DNA of 64,000 nt. It comes from Macrostomum lignano. Taxonomy: Eukaryota. Location of the stretch: positions 1 through 64,000 of the forward strand of contig NIVC01001693.1 of NCBI GenBank assembly GCA_002269645.1, read 5' to 3'. Position numbers and translations under genes: made by a program. A model generated the notes under the pieces. The model was not told the DNA's origin and made no database searches. It worked only from the letters and a program-made list of their open reading frames with translations. Of this stretch, positions 11,739-21,955 are shown one piece after another (position 1 is the first letter of the stretch; each line of letters opens with the position of its first letter).

Positions 11739-12755
11739 ATGGCCATACCTCATGCGTCCGATCTGATTCATGATGCTCAAGCGTTCAAACTGAACAATGA
11801 AATTATTAGTATCAACAGAACGTTTTGGTTGGTATTGAAACCCTACGATCAGTTACTAAAAAGGCTGACGAAATTGATGTCGGAAGCGTAGAGTTGCTGG
11901 AAGATTTTCGGCACAGTTTGCTTTCTTTGGGTACACAATTTGATGCCACTAAAGATGCTGCTTCAAATCTCGAAAATAGTGGACAAATCATGAATAAAAC
12001 TCTACGGGAAATTGTGGCGACCCATGAAAAGACATAAAAAAGTTAAGGACTGTCTTGACAAGCTGCATGAAGTGCTGGATTCAGCAAACGAATATAAAAA
12101 GGAACACAAAAGTTTTGGCACCTGTCTTGAAGAAGTCATCCAGAACGCTGAAAATTTGCGAAATAACCTGGAAGATGAACACAAGAAATCCCAATTAGAG
12201 GTTTCCAGCCGAAAAACTAAAGGATATGGCGCAACGGACGGATTGGCAATCGCTGCCAGTGTGTCCGTGAATCTTGGAATCGCTGGATTTTTCACTTTGA
12301 GTGCTACATGGGCTCCTGCAGCTGCCTTGGCTTCTGGAGTAGCAGCTGGCACAGGACTTGGAATCGGATCTGTTACCAAGGGGATCAAAACTACCCTCGA
12401 CGTTCAGGAGTTGGACAGGAAGGCCGACGGACTGCTTAAAATCATCGATAGTTTGTCGGCTAACCTGCGTCAGCTCGATAGGGTATATGAGTCATCAACG
12501 GAGAAAATCCAGTTTTCCGACGACATGATTAACGCCATTTCTGATATGATAGACATGTACCAGGAACGGCACCGGGTTCTGGAGAAGGAGGAAAGATTAG
12601 AAGCTCAATACCAAGCTTTCAAGGTTCAGTCGTCAAACATGCGCAACCTAGAGGAAAAGTTCCGAGAATCAGAAGCTCGTCAGAATGAACTGCTCCGAAG
12701 CCATCAAGAGCTCCAAGCTCAGCTGTCGGCCAGGTGGAGATGTATCGTAATGTAA
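11739..12755 (+). pseudogene. Cluster protein P2 (~338 aa if repaired), two frameshifts; ends in canonical CaaX CIVM
   Basis: ATG at 11739 after tttcag acceptor (MAIPHASDL...). Frame changes at ~11823-11826 (TTTT) and ~12027-12041 (A runs). The joined N-terminus NNEIISINRTFLVGIETLRSVTKKADEI aligns with P3 RKRILDLNKNICKNIETVRNVAAQAKKI. Hydrophobic hairpin, coiled-coil tail, ...ARWRCIVM. Could be an intact gene with sequencing indels. Confidence 0.75.
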
Positions 12756-13509
12756 TGGTGATGGATCCTCATGCAACGATAATTAGCGTTGTTTAACAGT
12801 CAAGAATCAATGACTGACAAGTTTATGACTGCTATGGAAATATTGTGCTTGTGTAGTGTAGAGATTCAAAAACTTCTTTAGCTACAGCTGATTCGTCAAT
12901 ATCCTTTTTTATGCTTCTATGTATTATTTCCTTTCATGTAGCTTAAGTCCCACAGCTGGCTTTTATAAATGTTTATCAAGTGTTGAACGCTAAGGTGAAG
13001 GTTTGTTTATTTTTCCGCGTCTCATAAACAAAGGTTCACCCATTTTTACTCGTACAATGTAGATGTGCGCGATGTGCATAAAAAAGGACTTGTTGTGAAT
13101 TTCTCAGAGTTTTCAACTCAAAAGGATGCACTTTTCTCTCAAATTAATTACTGCTTTCAGTTTTTCTGCTGCAAATCGACTTTATCTGATGTACAAAAGA
13201 TCAGTTTATTGTTACAATATTGGTAAAATAATTTGTTAGAATGCGCTTACTCCTAGATTCTACTCGTATAATACTTAATGCTCTTTTTTACTTTTTTATC
13301 TGTTTATATAGTTTTATAGTTTATATATAATTTCTCAAAAAATTCTCACTAGTTTACCAAAACGCATTGCATATTGCTCATCTGCTCATCTTTAAATTGA
13401 GATTTTCATTAAAGTTTTCTTCTAATTAAGATTGCTGATTTTATCGATTGGTTCGTCATGCCATCGCACTGATACTGCATTCCACCCTCCCCATTTGGCT
13501 CTTGAGGAG

Positions 13510-13780
13510 CAGGAGAATCAAGAGAATGGCCTTGGAAAAAGCAAAGATAAATATTCAAGGAATTTGAGGTAAATGCAGTCAAATCAATTCTAAAATTCTC
13601 ATTCGACAGCTACGAGAGATGCTCGAAAAAGCAGTGAAAATATATGAGGAATACAAAAGATTAAGCACAGATCTTAGCGATTCAGAGTAGCGATAGAGGA
13701 AGCGAGTTTGAGTGCTAGAAATGCTCGAGCTCTCGGCTAAACTATAACAGGACTCTTAGGAGCTGCGGGCTTGGGTCTTG
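13510..13780 (+). pseudogene. Internally deleted pseudogene fragment of P4
   Basis: cagtcaaatcaat...cattcgacagctac.agagatgct.gaaaaagcag and gagtgctagaaatgctcgagct.tcggcta...acaggactcttag match 19533-19750; 13516-13555 matches 18770-18810. Stops and deletions present. Confidence 0.9.
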
Positions 13781-14739
13781 GGATATGATGCAAAGTAATG
13801 AGCAAACGATTATGTATAGTGAGTGGTGCAGGAATGGCACGAGAATCATACGGAAATATATGTTGCAGTTGCAGGAAGAGGCGAGAATGGTGTGAGATGA
13901 TGTACGAATGATACGGAAATAAGTGGTAATACAGAAACTCACAATGGTGATTAGCTTGTACCTTAAAATAATTATCCTTTCCATAAGTACAGAGTAAGGC
14001 AAGACATAGTGAATACACATCAGTTTATGCAGCTAATTTCCCATGTTTGTTTCCTTTTTTGACATTTCCGCACAGATTAGACACAATGCCTGCGAGAAAT
14101 ATTATTTGTTGTCAGTGTTCCCTTTTGGTTGCACTTTTCTACTCTCTAGGACCAATTAAACGGCTCTTAGATTCGAGACAGTTCGAGCGCGCAGGTACGG
14201 ACCGTACGCCTATTCTCCATCCCCTTTGTGCTCAAGTTCTAGTCAGTGAAACTTCCACCTACGAGTACATAAGCTAATGCACATTTTTCTGCGCACAGTT
14301 TACACGCACATTTTGGCAGCGTTTTTGGGAGTACAAGCTAGTACTTAAATAGCTTGTTTTTCGAAGTTCCAGTATATTTTTCAAATTGCAATGAGTAAAT
14401 TAATCAATTTTTCAATTACGAACTAGAAGTTTGTGTAAAAACTGATCTGCCACTGACCAAACCACATTACTAAGGTAGGTTCCAAAAGTGCATTTGACTG
14501 ATTTTTACTTCAGAAATACTGAAGTAATCTATATATAAGACGCAACACTCGTATTTTATGGAATAATTTTTAAGGCGGACTTTTCCATATTCGACACGCA
14601 TGCTTTTTACCCATATGTTGATCACAACTGCCACTTTTTAGCTTGTTTCTTTTAGCTTGCTAGTGATGGGCGCTTGGTCTGTTTACATGGATGTAATTAG
14701 AATAATATGTAATAATTATAATTGATGATTACACCTGCC

Positions 14740-14978
14740 AATTGGGCCAGATGTTGCGCGGCGCATCTGAAGGTTCAGTCCATGGACTGGGGGGTCGCCA
14801 CACACCCTCAATTACCCCAGCTAATGCTGGCATCCATTTTACAGCTGGCCGAACTGAAGAAATGCAGAGTTAAGCGTTTTGGTCAGTGAGGGACACAAAT
14901 TGTTCCAGTGGGATAGGGAATTGAGCCTCCGACCTTCTAGTCGTTAGTCCGACGCTCTAACCACTAGGCTACAACCCC
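14740..14978 (-). mobile_element. tRNA-derived SINE
   Basis: Minus strand begins ggttgtagcctagtggttagagcgtcggact (A box) ...ggctcaattcc (B box), then ggaacaatttgtgtccct...cttaactctgca core shared with the copy at 20688-20760. Confidence 0.8.
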
Positions 14979-15238
14979 TGTTGGCTAAAGCCCCTGTTGT
15001 AGCTTACAAATAAAACTACATGTAGCTTAAAGTTTGTAGCTTATAAAGCTTACAAATCTACGAGATCGTAGATCGCGAGTGTCGCGTCCTTCAACTTAAT
15101 TAGTCCTTGCTTTTCTCTGTCTCTTTAGCTCGTAGTAATGCACCGAAAAATAGCTGCTCTCTTTTTTTCAAGCTCACACAAATATGAACGTTTCTTTTTA
15201 GCTCTCGGGACCAACTCACTTCTAAATCTAAGAAAGCA

Positions 15239-16297
15239 ATGGCAACAGCCAGTGCTCCGGATGCAGTCGCCGATGTGATTAAGTGGACGAAAAGTTTGGA
15301 GGCCAGAAAAAGGATACTGGACCTAAATAAAAACATTTGCAAGAATATTGAAACTGTGCGGAATGTGGCTGCACAAGCTAAGAAAATCAAACCGGATAGA
15401 GAATCGGTGAAGACGTATCAAAAGGATATGGAATCGCTTGTTCAAGCCTGTGACGATGTCCTCTCAATTGGGAAAGCGCTTTCTGTGTTAGAGAAAGATA
15501 TGAATCAAAAACTTCAGACACTAAAGGAATTGCGAACCACGGAAGAAAATGCTATCGAAGACTTTGTTCATAAACTTGAAATTTTACTTAATTTGGCTAC
15601 AGAGTACTCTGTGAAATTAAGTAACTACGAGAAAACCTTTTCGAAAGTGGCAAAAGCCAGTAGCGAATTGTTTGCTGAGTTTAATGGAGAACATGAGTGT
15701 GCGAAGAAGGATACTGATGCTAAGTTATTTAAAGGAGCTGCCACAACTGGAACTGTAGCGACAACCCTTGGAATTGTTGGATTCTTTATGGGTGGACCAT
15801 TAGGTGCTGCGGCTGCAGCTGTTATGACTTCGTGTGTCGGAATTGGGGCTACAGCTATCTGGACTGATGAAATGCGTAAAAATGTAAAAGAATTTCGGCT
15901 TGCAACAGCTTTACTGCAAGCAAGCACTAATGAACTCGAATCAATCTCAGGCGAACTGACAAATACTAGAGAGGCCTCAGAAAGCCTCACCGAATCCGTA
16001 GCATTGGTCATCAAATTCCACAGAAGCCGTGCCGAGAGGCAGAAAATGGTGCAAGAAATTCAGGACCTGAAGATCCGCGATGAGGAACGAGAAACTGAAC
16101 TGCGTCGGTCGAAAGAAGAAAATCTTAGACTCAGTGAGCAGAATAAGACAATGCGGGCGTTTGTAAGCGGAGATGCTGCCACAACCGCGAAGTCGCTGGA
16201 GGACAAGGAGAAGAAGATTAAAGAGCTGGAGCGACAGCTTCTGATGGAGAAGGAGAAAGGAAAGAAGATTGCACGTCAGCTTCTGGGCACAGAGTGA
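15239..16297 (+). CDS. Cluster protein P3: 352-aa helical protein with Gly/Ala hydrophobic hairpin and coiled-coil tail
   Basis: Intronless ORF, AAAGCAATG start. Hairpin KGAATTGTVATTLGIVGFFMGGPLGAAAAAVMTSCVGIGATAIW; charged heptad tail; paralog of P2. No CaaX (ends KKIARQLLGTE). Confidence 0.88.
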   Translation: MATASAPDAVADVIKWTKSLEARKRILDLNKNICKNIETVRNVAAQAKKIKPDRESVKTYQKDMESLVQACDDVLSIGKALSVLEKDMNQKLQTLKELRTTEENAIEDFVHKLEILLNLATEYSVKLSNYEKTFSKVAKASSELFAEFNGEHECAKKDTDAKLFKGAATTGTVATTLGIVGFFMGGPLGAAAAAVMTSCVGIGATAIWTDEMRKNVKEFRLATALLQASTNELESISGELTNTREASESLTESVALVIKFHRSRAERQKMVQEIQDLKIRDEERETELRRSKEENLRLSEQNKTMRAFVSGDAATTAKSLEDKEKKIKELERQLLMEKEKGKKIARQLLGTE

Positions 16298-17107
16298 GCT
16301 GATTATTATTTGTACTATCAATATAAAGGTATAAAAAGTGACAATTGATAAGTTTATAAAAAAACATTGTACCTTACCGAGAGTGTTATTTTTTGTTATA
16401 ACTATAAGAATAGCTGTTTAAATTTGAACTTCATTCAGCCTTTGTAGCGCAGTTGTTTTGTCGCTGTTATCAATAAACACCACTATATTTTGTTATTATC
16501 CCGTTATCATGTTATTTCAACACTGTATGTAAGCACGGTCACAAAACTGATGCAGTAGCTATAGAAATCATTAAGAAAAGGACTTACAATTTTTTAATAT
16601 TTTTGGGCTTTGCTTTCCAGATAATCGTGGTAAATCGTAGTGCAACTCTAATTTCTTTTTGCATCCTTTCTTCAATTTTTATGTGGAACCTTTATTATAG
16701 AATTACATAATTACAGTATTAAAAGCAGACTCTCGAAAAATCATGAAAAGTTTTTTATATTCTTGAAAATAAAATTTCATTTTATTTTATCCAGTTTCTT
16801 TTGTCTTAAATACATACAGAAATTCGGTCCTATATAATTTTAAACTTTTTCGTATTTTCTTATCGGAAATGTACAAAAAGTAAGGTACTCAGAAGCCGTG
16901 CGTTATCTATCCATTCTTGCACGCTCTCTATGTGTTTAAGCAGTGGAGTTTTGGCCATAGACGATTTGATATTACAATCTTGAAATTCATTTCTGGCAGT
17001 AAGTTTTCTTAATGACATGATATTGATGATACAAGATAAGATGACTGAACCTAAAATTCCCTTTTAATTTCAAACGCACCGTATCAGCGTACAATTGCTC
17101 CTTATGC

Positions 17108-18810
17108 ACTGCGCGCAGTTAAAAGGGAACTTCATGAGGCAGAGGTAATTTGCAAGTCTCTACCTACATTTCAACTTCAACCAGTAAAGTAGAGCAATCG
17201 TACAGCGGTCTGGCTTTCTCGGCCATTGCTGTAGGTTTCCTCTTTAGCATAGCTACCCATTGTTCCAAGGAGTTGAGGGTTGCGAAAAGATTGAACCGAG
17301 ATGCACAAATAAGCCCCGTTCAACATTAGAGCTCATTCCTCGGTATTTTGTACAGCAATTCGAATTTGAAGTTCCCTTTTGTCTCCGATGTACAAACTTT
17401 GAGTGAGCAGATTGCTCTAGCCACCTTATGCCAGAAAATAGGGGACCTTATGAATAGAGCTTCTGCATAGTTTTTGGAATTTCGCAGAAAGGTACACTTA
17501 ATTTCGCTGCTCGGGGCGATCTCCAAGTTTCATTGCTTAATTTCAGCCAAAGGGGACCGCCATTGTTTAGCTGCCTCGCTGTATTCAATGGTTGTCAACC
17601 CGAAAGTTTCGATTCTTCGAAAACTGCGCGAGCGAGAGAAAAAATGCCAAGATGCGTAGTGACAACCCAGAGACACAACAGCTCCGCAAGCCAGGGGTGT
17701 CGCCAACGGGGGGCGGACAAAAAGATCTCGGGGGGACATGCCAATGCTTTGTCCTCTCTACTCCACAATGTGACCCGTTATGGAAATCAATAATTTTGCT
17801 GCAGGGCGACAAAACATATAGCGCCTTTGGAGCTAAAATGAATGCTGACAACACCGATTCTGAAAATAACCTACATGTAGGAATTTAGTCATGTACATGT
17901 ACATGTAGAATATTTGGCTTTGTCCCCCTACCATAAAATCCATGGCAACGCCCCTGTGCAAAGCCATCAGTAATGCCAAATCAGCTAGGAGAAGATAAAA
18001 GTGCACTTGGGGTGTTTTGGCTCTTCCCAAATTCCCAAAAATCGCGAATTCGGCCTTCCCTAGTTTTTGACACAACGTAAACTGCAGCAGTAGTTCGAAT
18101 AATATTTCAGTGCATAGTTGTGCCCCACTGTACACCGCATATATACGAAAAAAAGAGAACTTCATCTATCAAAATTTTTTATTATTCGTCCCTTGTTTTA
18201 ATGGCCATCTTTAAGGTAAACAACTAATCAAGCACTCAGACTGTACAAATTAATATTTTATTTCGTACTGTATCGTAGAGCGATGTTCGCTTATTTCTTT
18301 TCTATCCAAGACACTAAAGCCGAGTGAGTAAGAAGAGGTTTGTAAGAAACCGACACGAATATACACGCGCGTCAGAAAGCTAACCTGAGCTAAGGAAATA
18401 AAATCTTAAACCCACTATCAGTCTGGTCTCACAATACCGTACAGCCATATGCACTTCGGTTTATTATTATTTTGTTTCTCGCTTATATTTCGAGAAGCCT
18501 CTACGGAGATACAAATTCAATTGTACGTCCAATTCTGTAAATACGAAAGGGAACTTCGCCAAGAATTCTATAAGCGCTGCAGTCCTTCGTAGCAAAACTG
18601 CTGGAAACTCAAAGCGAACTGTTACGAGCGTATTGTTTGAATAAAAGTTATCGCTCTAAAAAGGACCAAACCATGCTTGCAAAGCAAAGCATCGAAAAAA
18701 CCTCCGTGTAAAATAAGTTAAGATAAAGCTGCCGAGGGTCTTAAAGGGTAGAACCTCAGGAAATCAAGAAAATAGCCTTGGAAAAATAAAAGATAAAGGA
18801 TTAAGTAAAA
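17108..18810 (+). repeat. Segmental duplication copy 2 (upstream region of P4)
   Basis: Collinear with 8336-8750, 9440-9620, 10770-11555 and 13516-13555. Confidence 0.9.
17692..17956. mobile_element. 265-bp hAT-like MITE
   Basis: 14-bp imperfect TIR CAGGGGTGTCGCCA / TGGCAACGCCCCTG. Degenerate ~8-bp TSD (cGCAAGC / tGCAAAGC). The paralogous copy at 9551-9558 (aGCAAAGC) is the empty site. Confidence 0.85.
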
Positions 18811-19102
18811 TTTCTGCAGCTATGGAATGAACGTACTAAAGGCTTTCTACTTATACAGTAGTACGGATGGATGGTTTCAAATTCAGATTAAGTAATCAGC
18901 AGGTAAGTACGCACCAGCCATTCTGTACAGTATATAAGGTAATGAGCTAAATTTTAAGTACATCAAATTGGTCTAAATGTTTTACAAAAAGGGAAATTTT
19001 GAAGCTGCTTAGGTATACTGTAGACTAGTTACAGAGAGAAAACTAATGTTTCCTTCTAAATTTAGCGATTACGCTGAGTTTACGAAGATTTGATGCACTA
19101 CA

Positions 19103-19109
19103 TATAAAA
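19103..19109 (+). promoter_or_regulatory. Candidate TATA box of P4
   Basis: TATAAAA ~125 bp upstream of the ATG at 19234. Confidence 0.4.
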
Positions 19110-19233
19110 GCTGATGCTTGACGACCAAGACGATGAAACTATAAAAGAAAATATTTTCAAAACTGAGCGGAGCAATTTTATCGGATTCGGAAACGTTTGA
19201 AATAAAAATATTACCGCTTACCACATCATCAAT

Positions 19234-20286
19234 ATGGAGAAATTTGGCAAAAACCTCGTCACATCTGCTGGAATAGCCGGAAAGATGGTCGAAGCAGCCA
19301 ATTTACTGGTTAATACAGTTGTAGAGGTGACTAGCAGGGCACAAGAAGTGCTGATGAAGCTTAGCAAAGAGGCCGCAAGTATCGAAAGTGCACTAGCAGC
19401 CGAATATGAAGACGTTCTAAAAACGACAAAATCATCTGCCAACAAATTCCAGCGACTTTGCAACGAACTTCAGAGCAAGTGGAACCGGTTCGAGTTCAAC
19501 AGGGATAGGAACCCTATTGTGGCGAGGCAAGTACAGTCAAATCAATACGAAGAGATCATTCGACAGCTACAAGAGATGCTAGAAAAAGCAGCGGAAATTT
19601 ACGAGGAATACAACTTTTTTAAGGAGCACATGAAAGAAGCGGTGAGACTAAACACAGATCTTAGCGAGCGATCCAGAGTAGCGGCGGAGGAAGCGAGTTC
19701 GAGTGCTAGAAATGCTCGAGCTGTCGGCTACACGGCAACAGGACTCTTAGTAGTGGCCGGCTTGATTTTAACTGTCGCCACTGGAGGAGTCCTGGGCGGT
19801 GTGGGAGCGGCGGCACTGGGTACCGCAGCCGCTGGTACAGGCGCCTACACGAGCAGCCATGCAGGCAGTCTGGACAAGCTGGCCAATGAGTTTGCAGACC
19901 TACAGAACGACTTGAAGACCTCTTTGCGAGACCTCGACGGTCTAGGAGACCAGATCGAAAAAGTGATGGAAGCTACTGAAGCTGTAGCAAGAAAAACTGA
20001 AGAGGAAAAAGATTCTGTTGAGCAGCATCGACAAAATTTTCAAAACAATCCTCAAGTTGTCTTGCACCAACCGAATTCTTTCGAAGAACAATTGTGGCGA
20101 AGAGAAGATTTCGAACAACGCAACAACCCACCTGATATTAGGCAAATGCGGCACAATGCTGACCTAAGAGTTAAGGAAGCGGAATTAGCTCTTGAAAGAC
20201 ATCGTCGGGAACATGCGGAAATGCGTAATAGAGAGCTCGAATCGGGGCGCTGTTGCTTCTTCTGCTGTCCTTCCAGACGCTCTTAA
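19234..20286 (+). CDS. Cluster protein P4: 350-aa helical protein with Gly/Ala hydrophobic hairpin, coiled-coil tail and terminal Cys cluster
   Basis: Intronless ORF. KLSKEAASI and LCNELQSKWNRF align with P1 ELTKEAASI and RCLELREKWQSF. Hairpin VGYTATGLLVVAGLILTVATGGVLGGVGAAALGTAAAGTGAY; ends SGRCCFFCCPSRRS. Confidence 0.88.
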   Translation: MEKFGKNLVTSAGIAGKMVEAANLLVNTVVEVTSRAQEVLMKLSKEAASIESALAAEYEDVLKTTKSSANKFQRLCNELQSKWNRFEFNRDRNPIVARQVQSNQYEEIIRQLQEMLEKAAEIYEEYNFFKEHMKEAVRLNTDLSERSRVAAEEASSSARNARAVGYTATGLLVVAGLILTVATGGVLGGVGAAALGTAAAGTGAYTSSHAGSLDKLANEFADLQNDLKTSLRDLDGLGDQIEKVMEATEAVARKTEEEKDSVEQHRQNFQNNPQVVLHQPNSFEEQLWRREDFEQRNNPPDIRQMRHNADLRVKEAELALERHRREHAEMRNRELESGRCCFFCCPSRRS

Positions 20287-20687
20287 TTATTCCAATCGTG
20301 ACGGGATTTTGACACCGATTAAACTTACTGATGATTTTCTTAATGCGTTAATGCGAACTGTTCTTCGCAATCGTAAGTTGTATCAATTGTATTGGATTAT
20401 TGAAAGTTTTGTGCAGTCGTTTAGCATTTTTTGTCTATAAGGCTCGTATTTCAACTATTTTACCGCACGCTTCAACACAATTCGATTATGTTCAAGCTGA
20501 GATTCGAACTGTCTATCTAGTGTGTGCAGCCTTTTTACAAACACAATGCGTTTGTACCTCAGTATTTATGAGCTTAAGAGATTTCCTCCATATCCATATC
20601 TTGCTACTTGTTAGTAAGCGACATCGTATCTACTTTATTATGCTTATTGTACTTTTTTCATTATCAATAGCTAATACGAGTATAAAT

Positions 20688-21255
20688 TGCAGAGTTAAGT
20701 GTCTTGCTCAAGGGCACAAATTGTTCCAAGTGGGTCGAGAATCGAACCCCCGACCTTTTAGCAAGGACAACTAAAGCAACGTATATATATATAGGATGCG
20801 ACACTCACGTTTCATGGGAAAAAGTTTTGAAGGCCACTTTAGCTGGGTTCTACCGCTTTGCAATTAACACTAATTTATATTGTTTGCAGATTCTACATGG
20901 CCAATCGAATCTTTCGAAGAGTTAGAAATGGAGTTTAAGGCACGTAACTAATTTTAAATAGTAAGGTATACCTTGTTGAAAAAATGGGTTGCTTTTATAA
21001 AATCGAAATAAAAAAAATTGTTAAGCCAAAGCCGCGTATGCTATTTTATCTTAAAGAGAAATAAAATTCGAAGGTTCCAGCGAAAAATAGACATTTCCGC
21101 GTGAATCCATTTAAAAGTGACATTGTTTGGAAAAAGTGGTCTTCTAAACATTTTCCATAGATTTCGAGTCTACCTTCTATTCAAATTTAGTAGTCCTTGC
21201 CTATCAGTCGTGAGACCGACGCTCTAACCAAACTAGTATTATAGCTAGGCTAAAA
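20688..21255 (-). mobile_element. Second tRNA-SINE copy, split by a ~440-bp insertion
   Basis: 20688-20760 minus reads ggtcgggggttcgattctcgacccacttggaacaatttgtgcccttgagcaagacacttaactctgca (B box + core). The matching 5' part (ggttagagcgtcggtctcacgactg) lies at 21205-21255. Confidence 0.7.
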
Positions 21256-21955
21256 CCTCGCACATCGAATACAATATGGAAGAGATGCACGGACTCATTA
21301 AAATGGCCATATTACTGAGATTAAACGTGACCTTGATAATAAAAAGAACGTTAATTTGTTGAATTCAAGCCAGCCAATGGTCAAAGTCTGAGCTGATCGC
21401 GGAGATCGTCTTATAAAAATCAAATAACAGTTCAATATAAATGAAACTCGCTGCTGATCGTTAAAAATATATATTAAAATACTTATGGTTACGCTGAATC
21501 AAAGCTTAATATGTAGTTTATAAAATTGTGATGCAAATTGTTGCGATTGACTCGCAAGGTCATCATCGCCATTATGATGACACAGAATCAACTCGAAATC
21601 AAAATTCCGAAGCTACTGAACTTTGTTGCAGAAGTGACAAGAAGTATAAATGGCCCCTGTTTTGTGTACAGTGTGATCAGATGTTACATACAATCAGTTC
21701 ATACTACTGAGTCGGTAAAATCAGTAGCATCGGGGAAGAAATATGCATGTTTATATTTTTTATGAGGACGCACTTTTTTCCAAATTTCACGCTTGCACAT
21801 GGGTTCCAAACTTGCTAGCCTACTAACAGCAGTTACAGTGTTTCAGTTTCTTGTTTTCTTGTTTCAGTTACAAGAAACAAATTTTAGAGTCAATTAAAGA
21901 GCACCCAAAACCATCCATCAAAATTACTCGTAAGTGTCCACTTCTATCGATTGGC

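Noticed and set aside
14900-14978. tRNA-like A/B boxes as a tRNA gene
   Set aside because: No complete cloverleaf; continues into a SINE core shared with a second copy.
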